A stretch of DNA of 50,102 nt, the filler included, from Catajapyx aquilonaris (lineage: Eukaryota): NCBI GenBank assembly GCA_000934665.2. It is 3 parts of 3 records of this genome, joined end to end, with 100 filler letters (N's around TTAATTAATTAA, not from the genome) between each part and the next. Parts side by side here need not be neighbours in the genome. Positions count along the whole stretch, not along the records: positions 33,627 to 50,102 come from JYFJ02007190.1; 2 more parts are not named here. One strand, 5' to 3'. This document shows, in pieces, positions 35,410 through 48,979 of the stretch. Both the position numbers and the translations under genes were made by a program. Each line of letters begins with the position of its first letter. The first letter of the stretch is position 1. Under the pieces are notes generated by a model that was given only the letters and a program-made list of their open reading frames with translations, had not been told where the DNA came from and searched no databases.

Positions 35410-35467
35410 ATTTTATTAGCTGCACAACCTCGGTGTGGTTCGAATGAATCACTGTCGTCCCATTAAC
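35410..35467 (-). CDS. RhoGEF2: RhoGEF2/ARHGEF11/12 PDZ exon 3 of those seen (VNGTTVIHSNHTEVVQLIK)
   Basis: ttctcctcAG|...|GTaagt; 58 nt, phase 0 to 1; matches LARG VNGTLVTHSNHLEVVKLIK. Confidence 0.92.
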
Positions 35468-36749
35468 CTGAGGAGAAGCAAAATGTTGCATGTTACACAT
35501 GTTTTGAAGGTTAAGATGACAGGTGTCCCTGTCATCAAAACGTAGTCTCAGCCATGATGTACGCTGAAGGAGAAAGGGAAAAGCCAGTTTCACAAACACT
35601 GTTCACGGTCGCTTCACGCATCCTATTAACGCCATCATGCGTGGATTTTCAGCGGAAGAAAAATGCTAATAGCAACAAAAACGGAAGTGAGTCTTTTAAT
35701 GTGATTAGATAGTGCCACATCATTGCCCTATACGCTAAGGGCTTTACGCAATATACTTTAACACGCCACTTCACGACTCCACCACATTATTATTACTACT
35801 ACTACCAATGACTCCACCACATGTAATGTGTCTTAGGTGAAGTTTCCCGACTTTATTATGCACTACGGTATGTGACTAGATGGACCACATTCTCAAGCCA
35901 ACCCATTGATGATATCATGCCACCCACTTTCCACACACAGTGACATCACTCATCAATCCGACACGTTTAAAAAATATATATATACTGAACTTAAAGAAAA
36001 ATGAATCGGCATTTCTCCATCCCGTGTGACATCACGGGTGATAAAAGGTGTGTGGTTGACTCGAGTTTGCTTTTCCTTCCGGGGGAATCGAGCGCCTTAC
36101 AATCCTTGTACAGTACTTCGATGCAAATAACGTGCAAGCGTAGTTACATTGGCGGTTTCATATAGTCACGTTTGTTTGGTCGGTGATAGATATCCAAACC
36201 TGATAGTACTGCTGCTGTATATAGGCCTACACTCGGAACAACAACTAATCCAACGCGTCCGCTTTCCAGCGTTTGTGAAACAGCTTTTATGGAAAGTATA
36301 GAAACCACTGCAATTTGCAGTCATTGCCAGAAAAGGAAATGTAATGCTGAAGAAAGAGCAGGTTCACGAGTAAAAATAATTTTATCGCAATTTGCTGACA
36401 TTGTGTCACCAACAAGTTTGCAAATCACAATATTTGCTGCGAGACATTCATCATGGTGCAAACATTTGCATTTCAAACTTCCAAATAGGATTTGTACGAA
36501 ACATTGCTTTTGTCGCATGTGTAATTTTTAAAGAAGTGAAACCCATGTGACGTTGCGTACATAGTAATACACGGTGAGAAAAGAAAGGACAACAGCGACC
36601 AGCATGCGTGGCTCACACATGGACAAGACCACTTGTTTCGGAAGTGAAAAATATTAACACAAAAGCCGAGCATAAGAAGCAGACAGAAGCCACAAGTTCA
36701 GCCACCGAAGAGAAGTAAATACAGCAAAAACAGTCTTGGCACAAAATAC

Positions 36750-36799
36750 CTTTAGGATCACATCTCCATTTTGTACGCCGGCCTTCTCCGCGGCACCAC
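36750..36799 (-). CDS. RhoGEF2: RhoGEF2/ARHGEF11/12 PDZ exon 2 of those seen (GGAAEKAGVQNGDVILK)
   Basis: ttgcctgcAG|...|GTattt; 50 nt, phase 1 to 0; joins both neighbouring exons in frame. Confidence 0.92.
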
Positions 36800-37566
36800 C
36801 TGCAGGCAATGTGCAATAAATAAATAAAAATAATGCAAATCAGTGTAAATAACGAAAAATAATGTTTACATCAGCAAACACTAATGTACTCACAACGCTT
36901 CAGTTTGTGAGAAAAATTAATTTAATAGGTGCAAGTGTTAATGGCCAAGATACGTGTGGTTTAGTGCAATTTACATAATCAAAATCAGGATAATATGTTG
37001 AAAACGTGGGCTGACTACAATTTGTAACAAACGATTTCGTATTGCCTGCAAACAACCCATGCGTCACGCTCTAACGGCTACGAGGTTCAGTGGAAAAAGG
37101 CATGGGAAAGGTCTATGTCTATAGTTTTCAACTCAGACATTATTTCCAGAGTCCCTTTGAATCTGGAAAATCTGTGATTATGCTGTACGTCTAAGAAGTC
37201 ACGTAGAAATTCCTACAAGATATGTGGAACTATAGTGGAAGATATGTGACGGGCACAAGCACGGTGTCACATTCCCTACAGACCTCAGCTAATTAAATTG
37301 CACAGGTTTAAAACATTCACTTTTAGGCGTGCACTTGATAATAATTGATTAAATCAAGTCCTGTATTATTTGGTCCCTCATTCCTGATGGATTTGGAGGA
37401 AACTGTGCAGTCCCCCTATAAATTATGCCCATACAGGAAATAACATAAAGAGCAATGTCACAAATCCTCACCCAACTCGGATTCGAACACAGGACCTCAG
37501 AAATGGAAGGGTATGACCTCAAATACATTGCCCTTCGCAGCAGTATATATTAAATCATCATCATCA

Positions 37567-37609
<43 letters not shown>

Positions 37610-40104
37610 GGGGAGTGAGGGGGGAGGGGAGTACTGCCATGTGCCTATTTACTCGCACACGCAATAATTATGTGCTACGGACCATGTGTATAAAGCGTAG
37701 GTGTAACATGAGCTTGCACCTTATGGTTACAATTTTTACCAGTCACGATATGGTTTTCCTCTTACAAAATCTTCCTAACGTGCTCTGCATAACAGGTTCG
37801 TGATGTTACTTTTCTGCGCCATTAGAGCTTCAATTAGAGTGAGAGACAAGATGCAATCTGCTGCTCTCACCTACATCTAAACATAAACATGGGCCTTACA
37901 ATTTGTGCAACACACTTCATGTTACTATCGAGTACAATTTCTGTCAAGACCAATACTTACTACAGTATGATCATGCTGCGTGTGTAAAGCGAGGCAAAAA
38001 TGTATTATTTCGCCTTTATTACCTCAAGCTGGGAAACGAAGGAGATTTGCCTCCCATCTCCTCGAAACCTCACGTGCAGGGTAACGGACCAGGGAAACCA
38101 TTTTCAGGCGCCATCCATCGACCAATAAATAGGATAACGTGCCCATCTCTTCTGCCACTTACCCTGTGCCCAAGATTGAGAGCAATGTACGACCCACCTG
38201 TCCAGATTTTATGTAGCTATGAATCCACTGCAATGATGCCATGCACGTCAGACCCACTCTTTTAATAATACATATTGCCACATGCCCTGACTGATGTATA
38301 ACAAATAAACATGTCAGTTGCCTTCGACGTCAACGTAATACACAAATACGCGTAAAATTATCAAGCAAACTTATTCATGAGCTAAATAAATCAAAGGCTC
38401 GTTTCGAACTGAATGAGAATAAAAAGTTCTATGCATAATGTGTATCCTGTCCTTCGCCAGAAACTAAAAACAGTTATGCTTGTTGACATGGTATTTAACT
38501 GCCGATAGCTCTTCATAGCTAGCGCGAAATGGTTAAAGAAAACGAGTATAAGTATAGTGCTGGTTAAATAATAACAAAAGAATTCAAGGTCCGCTATTCA
38601 TCTGGGGAACCCGCCTTACAAGTGGCATGCGAATGATGTCATGATTGGTAAGCAGATATGATGACGTCACTCAAAATGTAGGATCAACACCCCTTGAACA
38701 GTATCGTTAGTTACTACCAGCACATGCATTTGAGCTGAACACCCTTTACATAGGACAAGATAAACGAATCTCGAGCAAAACCCGGTCAAGAACCTGCTCT
38801 GAATATAATACCGGGTTTAAAAAGAAATAAATGCAACCTTCAAATGACATTTCCATGTTTTAAGTCTCCCTTGAGGTGCTTGCAGACAGACTGCCTGAAA
38901 ATAGCTTCCAGCAATGGCGAAATCAATCATATTATATAGGAAACTTGCCGTAACCGCGCAAATGTGTGTGTGTGTGTGTGTGCTTTTTTAAAAAATCCCA
39001 AGCAAGCATGAATGATACGCAAAATTGACGACTGCTACTTAAATATGCATATAAATGCCTGCAAGAATAACACAAGCAGATTTTGAGTTCCTCACAAAGA
39101 CTGCCGAACCTCTATCCACTCCGCTTTATAGCAGATTATCAAGATGTTTTCACAAAATCACAGAGAAGCCGAAAATATCACGTGTAGGGGCCGAATCTCG
39201 CGTAATTGTGATGTTCAACCAGCATATTGCATATTTTTTTCGGATCCATTAACTCCCTGCTCCCGTACTCCAGCCATTCAAAATTATGGACCAATTCAGT
39301 ACGGCTGCTCTCGTAAGCAGCCACCATCGATATTTTGGCAAATCGGACTCCAAAATTCAGGAAATTTTATTTAATAAGTGCTCATTTCGCCATTCTCCGC
39401 ACTCATGGTCGTCACCTCTCCCAAAAAATCGACTCTGACTTGAAATTTTACGCTTATGTTAAGAATGTTACCGAAACCGACCGCATATTAGGAATCAGTG
39501 ATTTTCCCCCCCTGAATGTTGAAGTGCAATTTGCCGAAAACCCGAACCCTTCCGTCCGTCCGTCGGGTCTGAATCGAAGGTTACATATATGGCCCCGTCT
39601 CTCAGAGTGCAGGATTTCAGCACGATTTTCGACTATATCTTTGCTCATTCAAGCGGCAATGGGTCCAAAAATGTAAGCCAAAATTCGGAGGTGTTCTGAG
39701 AAAATCTGCGCCTCTCGCAGACGACGACTGAAAATCTGGTTGGCGGCAGAATTCATTGGACATAAGATGACTGTTAATCACAGAGGTTTTGCTGAAAAGT
39801 ACATGAATTTCCGAAAATTTGCGTTCGTCAAGTTTCAGTGCTTTTGCAATGTGCTACGTGACAAGGAGCTTCAACTCTGATTTACGACCACCTGCTGACG
39901 TACAAGTCTAAAAATGTGCCAAGACATTTCAGACCACACTGTATCAATTCTGAAATCGGCGTCCAATCTTCGATATGGTCCATCGCACGGTATATTATAC
40001 ATCGCTCCTCTGCTTTTGTGTGTGTAATAAAAAACATAATAAAACAACTTTCGCATACCTGCTGGTCACCTACGTAATTTGGTAGTTTGAATGATCGCGA
40101 CACC

Positions 40105-40510
40105 CATGGGCGTAGGTAAGGGGGGGTTTTGGGGGTTTAAACCCCCCCCCCCCCCCCATTCCAAAACTAAAGAGGGGGGAANGGGAAAAAACTGAAAAAA
40201 AAAGGGGGGGAAAACTCGCAAAAATCTTCTAGAACAGTGCAAAATTGCACTGTTCTATGGGTTATTTTCCGTTTTGCGGTTGCGCCCCCAAAGTTGGGGT
40301 CGCGAGGAAGAGTTGTGACCTTGAACCGGAAAAAAATTTCGCCTGCGGCGGGCCTTGCGCCCTCCCCACCCCCTGAGAAGTTCCCTTGGGCCCTTCTCAG
40401 AAAAAAATCCAGGATCCGCCCCTGGGCCCGGCAATGTCCGATGTACCGGCCGTGATATTGTACTCCTGTTTTTAACCCCCCCCCATTGAAAATCTATACC
40501 TACGCCCGTG
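40105..40510. mobile_element. hAT-type MITE
   Basis: 8-bp TSD GCGACACC at 40097-40104 and 40511-40518; TIR CATGGGCGTAGGTA/TACCTACGCCCGTG. Confidence 0.88.
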
Positions 40511-41602
40511 GCGACACCATACCTCCACAATGTTTATACTCATTTTGCACACTTCACTGACGACCCTCGAAGTCCTCACTCCGGCTGCCAGCGTCGCATA
40601 GTGAGTTAGTTGATCTGTTTCCAAGATGAAATCGCCGATAATAAGGGGGTCAGCATTCAAGGCTGTGCCTCAGGTGGAACCCGCGGGTATATTCGTCTTA
40701 ACTTAACCGGAAACTGCACAGTACCATCACAGGCGTCATGCCATAAGAATTAGGAATATCCCTCGTCTTTTCAAGTTGCCGGAATATACACATATCGTGT
40801 CAAAACTTTAAATTTCGTGGTACAAAACGGCGATCTGATTTGCCTGCAGCGACTCGCAAATGAAGGGTGCGGTACGATGATAAAACAGAGAGTAATATGC
40901 ACTTGTGTCACAACTTCGTAGAAATAGGTTTCACATTGAGTAGAGCAACAGCTGTTTCTCTCTAGACTAATTCTTCAATAATATTTATAGGCTCCTCTAT
41001 TTTGCACTGCACAGGAAGGAAGAAAATAAAACACGCACTCAAAAAAAGAATAATAATAATAATCTACGAGGGAGTGGATTGTTGGTATCGCGCGGCAATA
41101 AAGAGGTTCATTTTCCCAACCCTCGCGTGGTCATTTACCCCTTAAACCCTTCCGGATTGTGTCATGCGCACATTTCATGTGGTGTATTGCAAGTCCACAC
41201 TGCTATTTAATAAACTGCATAGTAATTCCAGATTTACCAGTGATGAAAATGGTAAGGCTTATGTGAATCATCCTGTAACTTAAATATTGTATAACAAAAA
41301 TAAAATGCTAATGAAAGTTTCTGACGCATTTTCTATCCTATATACGGCTTGCGGATATTATCCTCTGCCTTCTGAAAGATGTTTTAACTTCTAGACTTTA
41401 ACCACACGTTCGAAAGCATACCTGGGGTTTGTTAACCTGAAACTGCTCTGGCCTCACAAAAAAAAAAAAATAAAAAAAAAAAACATCCATAACAGACATG
41501 CATGAGTCAGGAAAAAACACAGAACGCCCATAAAGCAATAGCTGTTACTGCGTTTTCACTCGGGAGGGCTCATCTATCATTACAGCACAAATTTAAATTT
41601 TT

Positions 41603-41742
41603 GGTGGAATTTTCGTCTCACTGATAGTTACTGCTAACTTAGCAGTACCATTGCCAACACTGGTACTGCTAAGTTAGCAGTTGGCAATGGTTGGCTACTG
41701 CTAAGTTAGCAGTAACTATATCATTGGGACGAAAATTCCACC
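41603..41742. mobile_element. Palindromic MITE; partial relative at about 29635-29714
   Basis: ggtggaattttcgtc...gacgaaaattccacc with internal actgctaacttagcagt repeats. Confidence 0.7.
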
Positions 41743-41975
41743 CGATTCCATCCTTTGTTTAAAGTCCTACATATGCATATTTGTTTTATTTGTTTTTTTT
41801 GTTGTTTTTTTTTAAACGGTCATATGCGGATCATGACTCCATCTTCACATACTTTATAAAAATCTTCACTATGGCAGTTGTTTGGCACTTGTAGCGGTAC
41901 TGCGCAGTAGATTGAGTAGAACCTTTTACAATTATTGATAAATACTATTGTTTTGGTGTATTTTTTCTATTCGGT

Positions 41976-42067
41976 ATTTGGCCAGTGCTTATAACCTATA
42001 GCTGCAGGCCCGTATAGTAAAATTACTATACGGGCCTGCAGCTATAGGTTATAAGCACTGGCCAAAT
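41976..42067. repeat. Perfect palindrome, 45-bp arms with 2-nt spacer
   Basis: atttggccagtgc...gtatagtaa AA ttactatac...gcactggccaaat. Confidence 0.95.
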
Positions 42068-42410
42068 TTTGTAGGCCTGCTCTTGGCAAGGCGACCTAAT
42101 GAAATGTACCGTCAGCTCACTAACGATAAGATTACCCGGCTTATTTGAACGTTACTATCACTGAAGTTACATTTTCTTCTTCGAAAGCCAAAAAACGATA
42201 ACAGATCAGTAGAAACACACAAACTATCTAATCAACATATATATTTTGACACTTTTCCTCATATACATCCGCCTGTAAAATTCGTGTACCGATCCACAAT
42301 GATTGTGGGTAATAACGTGGAAGGCTATAATAAGCGGATAAGGTTTTTAACAATTATTCTACGAAGATCATTCAGATAAAAGTAATAAAAGTAAGCCAGT
42401 TACCTCATTA

Positions 42411-43047
42411 CCTGTATGCGGATATGGTTAACGAATAAGTCTGGGAACACACATGCTAATTATAATCAGAACAAGGCTCATCTACTAATTAACCTAATTT
42501 GGTTGATGTCATATTGACAGGAGAGCCGGGTAATATTCCGTCGAAAGGAAATACCGCTCACACTTCCTCAGGTCCAATCGCCCTAAGGGATATAGGAGAG
42601 ACAGACGGCGCGCGGCATAATAAAAAGACTTGAAGGTACGACTTGTAATGTGTGGTTTACTCGACTGTATTCCCCAGAGATGATTCACAGAGCTGTCCCA
42701 ACTGCTGGACCTAACTTGCAGGAAATCACTCTCAAGAGGAAGTCGGCGCTGCAGTATGTCAGGTGTATTGGACCCCGTACAGGACAATGCAACAGGTAGC
42801 TCCAATTTCTCTGGGAAGTACACTCCAGTACACTATGTACTGTATCATACTTCCCCTCTATGCCGTCTCTCTCTCTCTTATCCACTTGGACCCAAGGAGG
42901 TCTGAGCTGCTTTCCCTTTTTACGGAATATTTTCCGCCTCTCTTGCCAATGTGACGTCAACCAAATTAGGTTAAATAATAGATCATCCTTGGCCTGATTA
43001 TTAACATGTGTTCCCCAAACTTATTCGTAACCATACCCGCGTACAGG
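42411..43047. mobile_element. Non-autonomous DNA element with diverged TIRs of about 120 bp and TA flanks
   Basis: TA|cctgtatgcggatatggtt...aaccatacccgcgtacagg|TA; ttaacctaatttggttga versus tcaaccaaattaggttaa. Confidence 0.7.
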
Positions 43048-43266
43048 TATCTTGCTCACATTCTTCTGAATAAACCTGTGTAACAACTCTCATTAGGCAG
43101 GATTCCGAGAATTCCTATATTGGCTTTTTAAAAATGGGATGATATACATGTATCTCATCAAATTTTCAACATGCAAGGTGAAAATTACCTCCACTAAAGG
43201 CTGGTTGTACAGCAATAATATTATGCGGAGATAGTCCATGAAAACAATAGCTAACTCCAGCAGTAA

Positions 43267-43940
43267 AGGCCGGTATCCACGTACGAGGTTTCTCGCATAC
43301 GAGGAGCCAACTGCGCATGCCCGGATGCGAGGAAAGAGGAAAAGTTGAAAATATTCAAATTTAATCCCCTTTTCGAGGGACAAGAGGGGCCCTGAGGCGA
43401 CAAAGAGTCCGTCTCGACCACGGTCTTAGAAGGAAAGGTCGGGAAACTCCCCGCCATCTTGCGATCCGTTACTCAATCCCGCCGTGGCGCTGACTGGAGG
43501 TGGCCATGATGTGAACTGGATCGTGAACATCTCCATATTGCGGCCATCTTGGTATACGCTATCGGTAGTAATCGGGAGGGGAATCGTCCACGGACCGCCA
43601 ATTCAAATCGAGTGTTCTCCAGGGTCGCGAGCTCGTGACGGATACCGATGGATACCTATCGGCTATCGATATCTGCCGATGGTGATACCGGTATGCAAAA
43701 TCGATTCCATAAGTGCTGTTGATTGATGAGTTGTACCGACAGGGTCGCTAGTTGTTATGGCGAATGAACGACACGCACAGCGAGATTCCATTGTTTTTAC
43801 TAGCGCCGCTGCGGGAAGGAATAACGGATCGGCCTTTTCTATTGCGCTGGGATAGAAGTGTCCAGGGGCTGGTCTCGACGTACAAGATTTCTCGCGTAAG
43901 AGGACTCGCATACGAGGAACTCACACGTCGATACCGGCTT
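43267..43940. mobile_element. Harbinger-like non-autonomous element
   Basis: aggccggtatccacgt...acgtcgataccggctt; repeated ctcgcatacgag near both ends. Confidence 0.55.
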
Positions 43941-43950
43941 TGATCCTTAA

Positions 43951-44851
43951 TTGAAGGGTGGAAATCAAAACCGCGCTATGTTGCATTTTCAAGAGTTGCG
44001 AATCTCGACCTTATTGAACGAAGCCTATATAACAAAATTCCGATCGCACATGCGTGATATTGGTATCCACGGAATTTGGCGAAACTGTCGACATACCAGG
44101 TGGTCCGTCGCAATTATGATTCGCAGAATAGAGTGCGGGAAAAATAGTTCCGCCGAAACTGAACCCATACCAGGTGGTTCGACGCTCGTAGCTCAAGCAG
44201 GAACCCCCCACCCCCACTTGCAACATACCCCGAACATAGCGCGGTTTTACGTTCCATGAAATATCGAATGAAATGAAGCGCAAAGGTCAAAAAGGGGCCT
44301 TGCCGTCTCCATCTTTATACTCGCGGGGGTACGGGTACCTACAGTAGATTCCGTGCGCTTCCTTTCATTCGATATTCCATGGAACGTAAAACCGCGCTAT
44401 GTTTGGGGTGTACTACTGCCGCTCACTGTACAGCTCCTGCTTGAGCTACGAACGTCGAACCACCTGGCATGGGTTCAGTTTCGACGGAACTATTTTTCCC
44501 GCACTCTATTCTGCGAATCATAATTGCGAGTTTCGTGCATGATAAATGTGATTTTCTCTCTACATAGCGTGGTTTTACGTTCCACCGGCGCGGCGGTGTG
44601 AAAATCAAAACCACGCGATGTTTTTTTGGTCCTCTGCGGGGGGGTCCAACTGTCGCTTGCTATTCAGTCGTCGTTCAACTCACGGGGGTCGGACCATCTG
44701 GTATGTCGACAGTTTCGCCAAATCTTTCCGTGGATACCAATATCACGCATGTGCGATCCGTATTTTCGTTATTATAGGCTTCGTTCAATAAGGTCGAGAT
44801 TCGTAAATCTTGAAAACGCAACATAGCGCGGTTTTGATTTCTACGGTTCAA
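43951..44851. mobile_element. Foldback-type element flanked by TTAA
   Basis: ttgaa...gaaatcaaaaccgcgctatgttgc mirrored at 44817-44851; inner arms 44110-44280 versus 44358-44530. Confidence 0.75.
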
Positions 44852-44870
44852 TTAATGTTCATACAATCCC

Positions 44871-45215
44871 CGGGAGATGAAGTGGCGCCGCGGTAACGCG
44901 CGCGCCCACGGATATGACATATGAAGGTCCCGGGTTCAATCCCCACCCGGGGTTCCCACCTTTATCCGTGCAGAGTTGGGCCACCTCTGGCTTCATTTAG
45001 GGTGGAAATTTCCTAAAGACTAATCCACCCTGAATCCACCCGGGGGAGTTCACAAAATAACCACTCAACGACAGCACCCCTCAACTCAACCCATGCACTT
45101 TGCACATCCCCTCCCACCTACCCTTGGAGTAACTAATAAGATCCTTCTTAACTCGCTCCAAACCAATCCCAATGGTGGTAATCCACCCCCCTATAGACCC
45201 AACAGGTCACCACGG

Positions 45216-45270
<55 letters not shown>
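44871..45270 (+). mobile_element. tRNA-derived SINE (family A) with (TAA)n tail
   Basis: gtggcgccgcggtaacgcg, B box ggttcaatccc at 44933-44943; body matches the reverse complement of 10340-10610. Confidence 0.8.
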
Positions 45271-45273
<3 letters not shown>

Positions 45274-46489
45274 GTTCATACAATCAACCCTAAATTGCGC
45301 CAGTCGAAGTGTGTACACAACTATATTATTTGTGACATGTAACTGAATGATCATATGAAACAAGAACCATAAGCCCATCCCAGCAGGGTCACCTCCATGA
45401 GTGCCTCCCCCACCTAGACAGGGTATTGTCTCTCCGACATATTGGACCTAAATCAGATGGGATCTGCATGCAGTGAAAAAATGTCCTTGAAAAAAAAAAT
45501 TTTGACGCTTGCCAATTTCCTATCCTCCAGCATGCAATCTAGCTCCAATATGGACGCCCCATAAGGACTACGTGGAGACAATACCCTGGTTAGGGTGGGG
45601 GAGGCAACCATGTAGGGGACCCTGCATCCCAGTACATTTTCTAACATCACCATTGGAAGTGTAGTGATCCTGCAGCGCATATCACCCGTCATGCAGGGTT
45701 GCTAGACGTGTGATGTGGTATGCAGAATGTTGACAATGCTAATCAGATGCTAAGAAAATCATATTGAATATTTGTCGCAGCGACACGACATATCGTCATA
45801 CAAAGATGATGTGGAGTATTCTTTCTCTAAAATAGGTTAAGGAATCGCTCTACCTGAAGCAAAACCCGGAATTAATCATCACCTTGTGTATTAAACATAC
45901 CCTCTAAATATATATAAGCACGTTGCTATTGTATAGCCTACGATTTTTACGATAGGTATGTGTGTCTCTTCTTTCCTTGAACCAGACCCGCATGGTAACC
46001 TTAGGATACTGTACTACCATAGTCAATCGGGATCATTTAAATGTGTTATACAATAACATGATATCCACCAATTACCAGCCATTCACAATAAAATCAGGCA
46101 ATGCTACCAAAATAATATTGCTTATTACAGGCATGTAATTAATGGGAGTAATTTAATCAGAGATAACATTTGTGCTCTTGCCTCCCAACTTTACATCCAA
46201 ATAATGCGCACCCTAATGTACGTAATTTCCCTCCCACGCACGTTTTCAACTATGCTATATCAGAGTCGTAAAGTTGCTTACCCACTACACATCACCATCA
46301 CTTCCTAATCACATTAGCGATTTATATTTCACGATCATATTGCGCAGCCGTGAAATATGAACTTGGACGATAATCTCTTATGACTTGTTTAATGTCCAGC
46401 TGGTGGTGTTGTATTGCTGAATGAGTAGGTCAGACTTTTTTTTTTACAGCTGTCTGAGAGCAACAACTGACTCCATTACACAATGAGCA

Positions 46490-46512
46490 AAGGAAGGAAG
46501 GAAGGAAGGAAG

Positions 46513-46595
<83 letters not shown>
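46490..46595. repeat. (GGAA)n plus (TAA)n compound microsatellite
   Basis: Directly visible. Confidence 0.95.
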
Positions 46596-46596
<1 letters not shown>

Positions 46597-48104
46597 TATC
46601 ATGGATAGGCTTCCAGATTCGCAAGTATCCAACAAACTGTTCGCATCTGACCTTCACGTTGCACTGTACCAACTTATTCGCACATGGTTGAAAGGCGTGA
46701 CCTGACGTTCATGTTTGCAGGGAAGTGGAAGGAAACATCTAAACAGCTGCCTATCTAACTTACATATGTATCCTATTTATCACAAGCACTTCTGGTACGA
46801 GTTCAAGAAAGGACTGAAGGGCGCAGTAATGATGCCATCAATCATGAAATGTGACTTTGTAACAACTGCCTTTTTTCCTATCCCATATGAGGCATGCTGT
46901 ATGGTACACAAGAATTAAAAACGATTATGCAGCCAAAGTTGTAAGTCCTAATTTGCTAAACATTTGTCGAGATTTTGAAATATTCTAGACAATCTAGTGT
47001 ACCTGCACAACCTTATTGCACAAATAACCACGATATGCGTGAATTATTTTTTGTTTCTTTTTATGAGCAAATAAAAAACTAACACAATAACTACAAATCT
47101 AACAATTATTGTACACGTCTCCTAAATACAGGATGCTAGGCATATATAGGTTAACTGTAGTTTCATCAAGGGGAGAGTGAGATGGGTGGGATGGTAAGGT
47201 GTCCATATCTAGATGGCTGAAAGTGGCTTCAGCAGCTAATTCCTGGTGGGCTATATTATTCTGAACAAACCAATTATTCAAACAATGCTTTTCAGTAGGT
47301 ATGTAGCAAAAAATTATAGCCATGTAATAAGAATATGACCTAAATACTGAGAGAGACAGTATAATTATCACATCAGACTTTCAAAAAGACAGTGGTTCAT
47401 TGGTACATCTTTACGTCTGAGGTGTGCCATGTGAACTACTCTTGGTGTCAACCAAAATTTTAGCACTGTTGACTGGTTATTTTTAGGCAAGTACTGGTAC
47501 TTCTATGGGCTATCAAAAATAATGGCTCATAAGTCATAACATTAGGTTGAATGAAAGCATATTAACCAATTACAGGTAGGATGACCTCTAAACACAAGGT
47601 TAAATGCTTAAGCTCAGATGCTAATGATTCAAAGTGAATAATTAACTATTAACCTATCCCTAAACTTGGGAATTTATTTCAATTTGCACCTAGAGGAAAG
47701 CATCCATTCAACCTGACATAAGCAGTTAATACCTTTAAAACCCATAAAAGTTGCATTGAATACAACTGCTTCAGGCAGTGTAAATAAAGTAGTCGAGTTC
47801 AGGTTGAACACCCTATGCTGCATATGCAGTCAGCCTAACATGACATGCCTGATTTTGACATATTAAAAAACCATGAGTTAATGAAGGGGAAAATGTCAAT
47901 TTCAGGTTCAAACAGTAATACCCAAACTACTGTTCAATTCTAATATGGCCACAACAAACAAAATTACTGAAAAACAAATGTGCACCTATGTGCTATGTCA
48001 CTAGTATCTTGCTAGTATCCAAAAAGACCATGCATAAGTTGCAGTAAACAGAGGTATGACATGCTACTTGTTTTACAATTCATCTCATGTTTTCTCACAC
48101 TGAC

Positions 48105-48250
48105 CTTCTTTGACTGATTGCACGTAAACGGGATTGTCTCCAGACACGGTCAGCCCATAACCGTTTTCGTCCCGATGAACGACGAGGGTGCGCTTCTGGG
48201 CTTGCTGCGAGTTCACGTGTCCATCAGCCAAATTGGAAAATGAACCCCGC
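48105..48250 (-). CDS. RhoGEF2: RhoGEF2/ARHGEF11/12 PDZ exon 1 of those seen (...KRTLVVHRDENGYGLTVSGDNPVYVQSVKE)
   Basis: tctctgtttcAG|...|GTcagt; 146 nt; matches LARG KDDNGFGLTVSGDNPVFVQSVKE. Confidence 0.93.
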
Positions 48251-48744
48251 CTGAAACAGAGAACAATTTTGGTTTACATCATGATCTAACACACTTACTT
48301 GTTCAGGCTGCACCTGACTAGTATAGACTTTGGTCTTTCTCCTAGACAGGTCTTTCTATTATTATCAAACATCCCTTCTCTATCGAGACACCACTTGGCT
48401 ACTCACTATTAGTTAGCATCCGTTGCCATTATTACTACTACTACTACTACTACTACTACATACCCCATGTTAGAGGTGCTATTTTATTGGACTGACTTCA
48501 TTAATAATCACCAATCTATGAGAGACCAAGGACAAAGCAGAAATGTGTCCATTACAAACTTTTGTTAGTAACTGGCGGATTATTTTCAATGATTTCTGTT
48601 GCATAACATGAAAATGTGCTTATCAGTACATAACATTCTTTGCTGAATGCAGCAAGTCTGCTATTGACAGGTTTCAATGTAATTGCAGGACCTTCGAAAG
48701 TAATTGGAAATGTGACAGCCCCTTTTGAGAGGAAGTCATCTTGG

Positions 48745-48890
48745 CGAACTGGCCCCCTGAGGGACTGCACACGACCCCCAACTTGATGACATTGCACATG
48801 CACCAGTGTCCCCCCCTGCTATCCCTACCCTGTCCCTGCACGATGGTGGTAATCCTCTCCCCTAAGAGAGCCTATGGCTCTAGCACGGGG
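48745..48890 (+). mobile_element. 3' fragment of a family A-related SINE
   Basis: gacattgcacatgcac...ccctaccc...tggtggtaatcc shared with the other copies. Confidence 0.5.
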
Positions 48891-48979
48891 TATATCAAAA
48901 TAATTTAAAAAATACTAATTGTAACCTTCAAAATGTTTCCCCATAATAAAATAAACGTGTAAAATTTCGAAGGGAACGA

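Noticed and set aside
38022..38120. Alternative first exon of RhoGEF2 (MGGKSPFVSQLE|gt)
   Set aside because: Its phase 0 end is incompatible with the next exon (phase 1), and there is no homology support
2182..48250. Tbx20-SMYD4-RhoGEF2 heart/mesoderm gene cluster
   Set aside because: The genes lie on separate linker-joined segments, so linkage is unsupported
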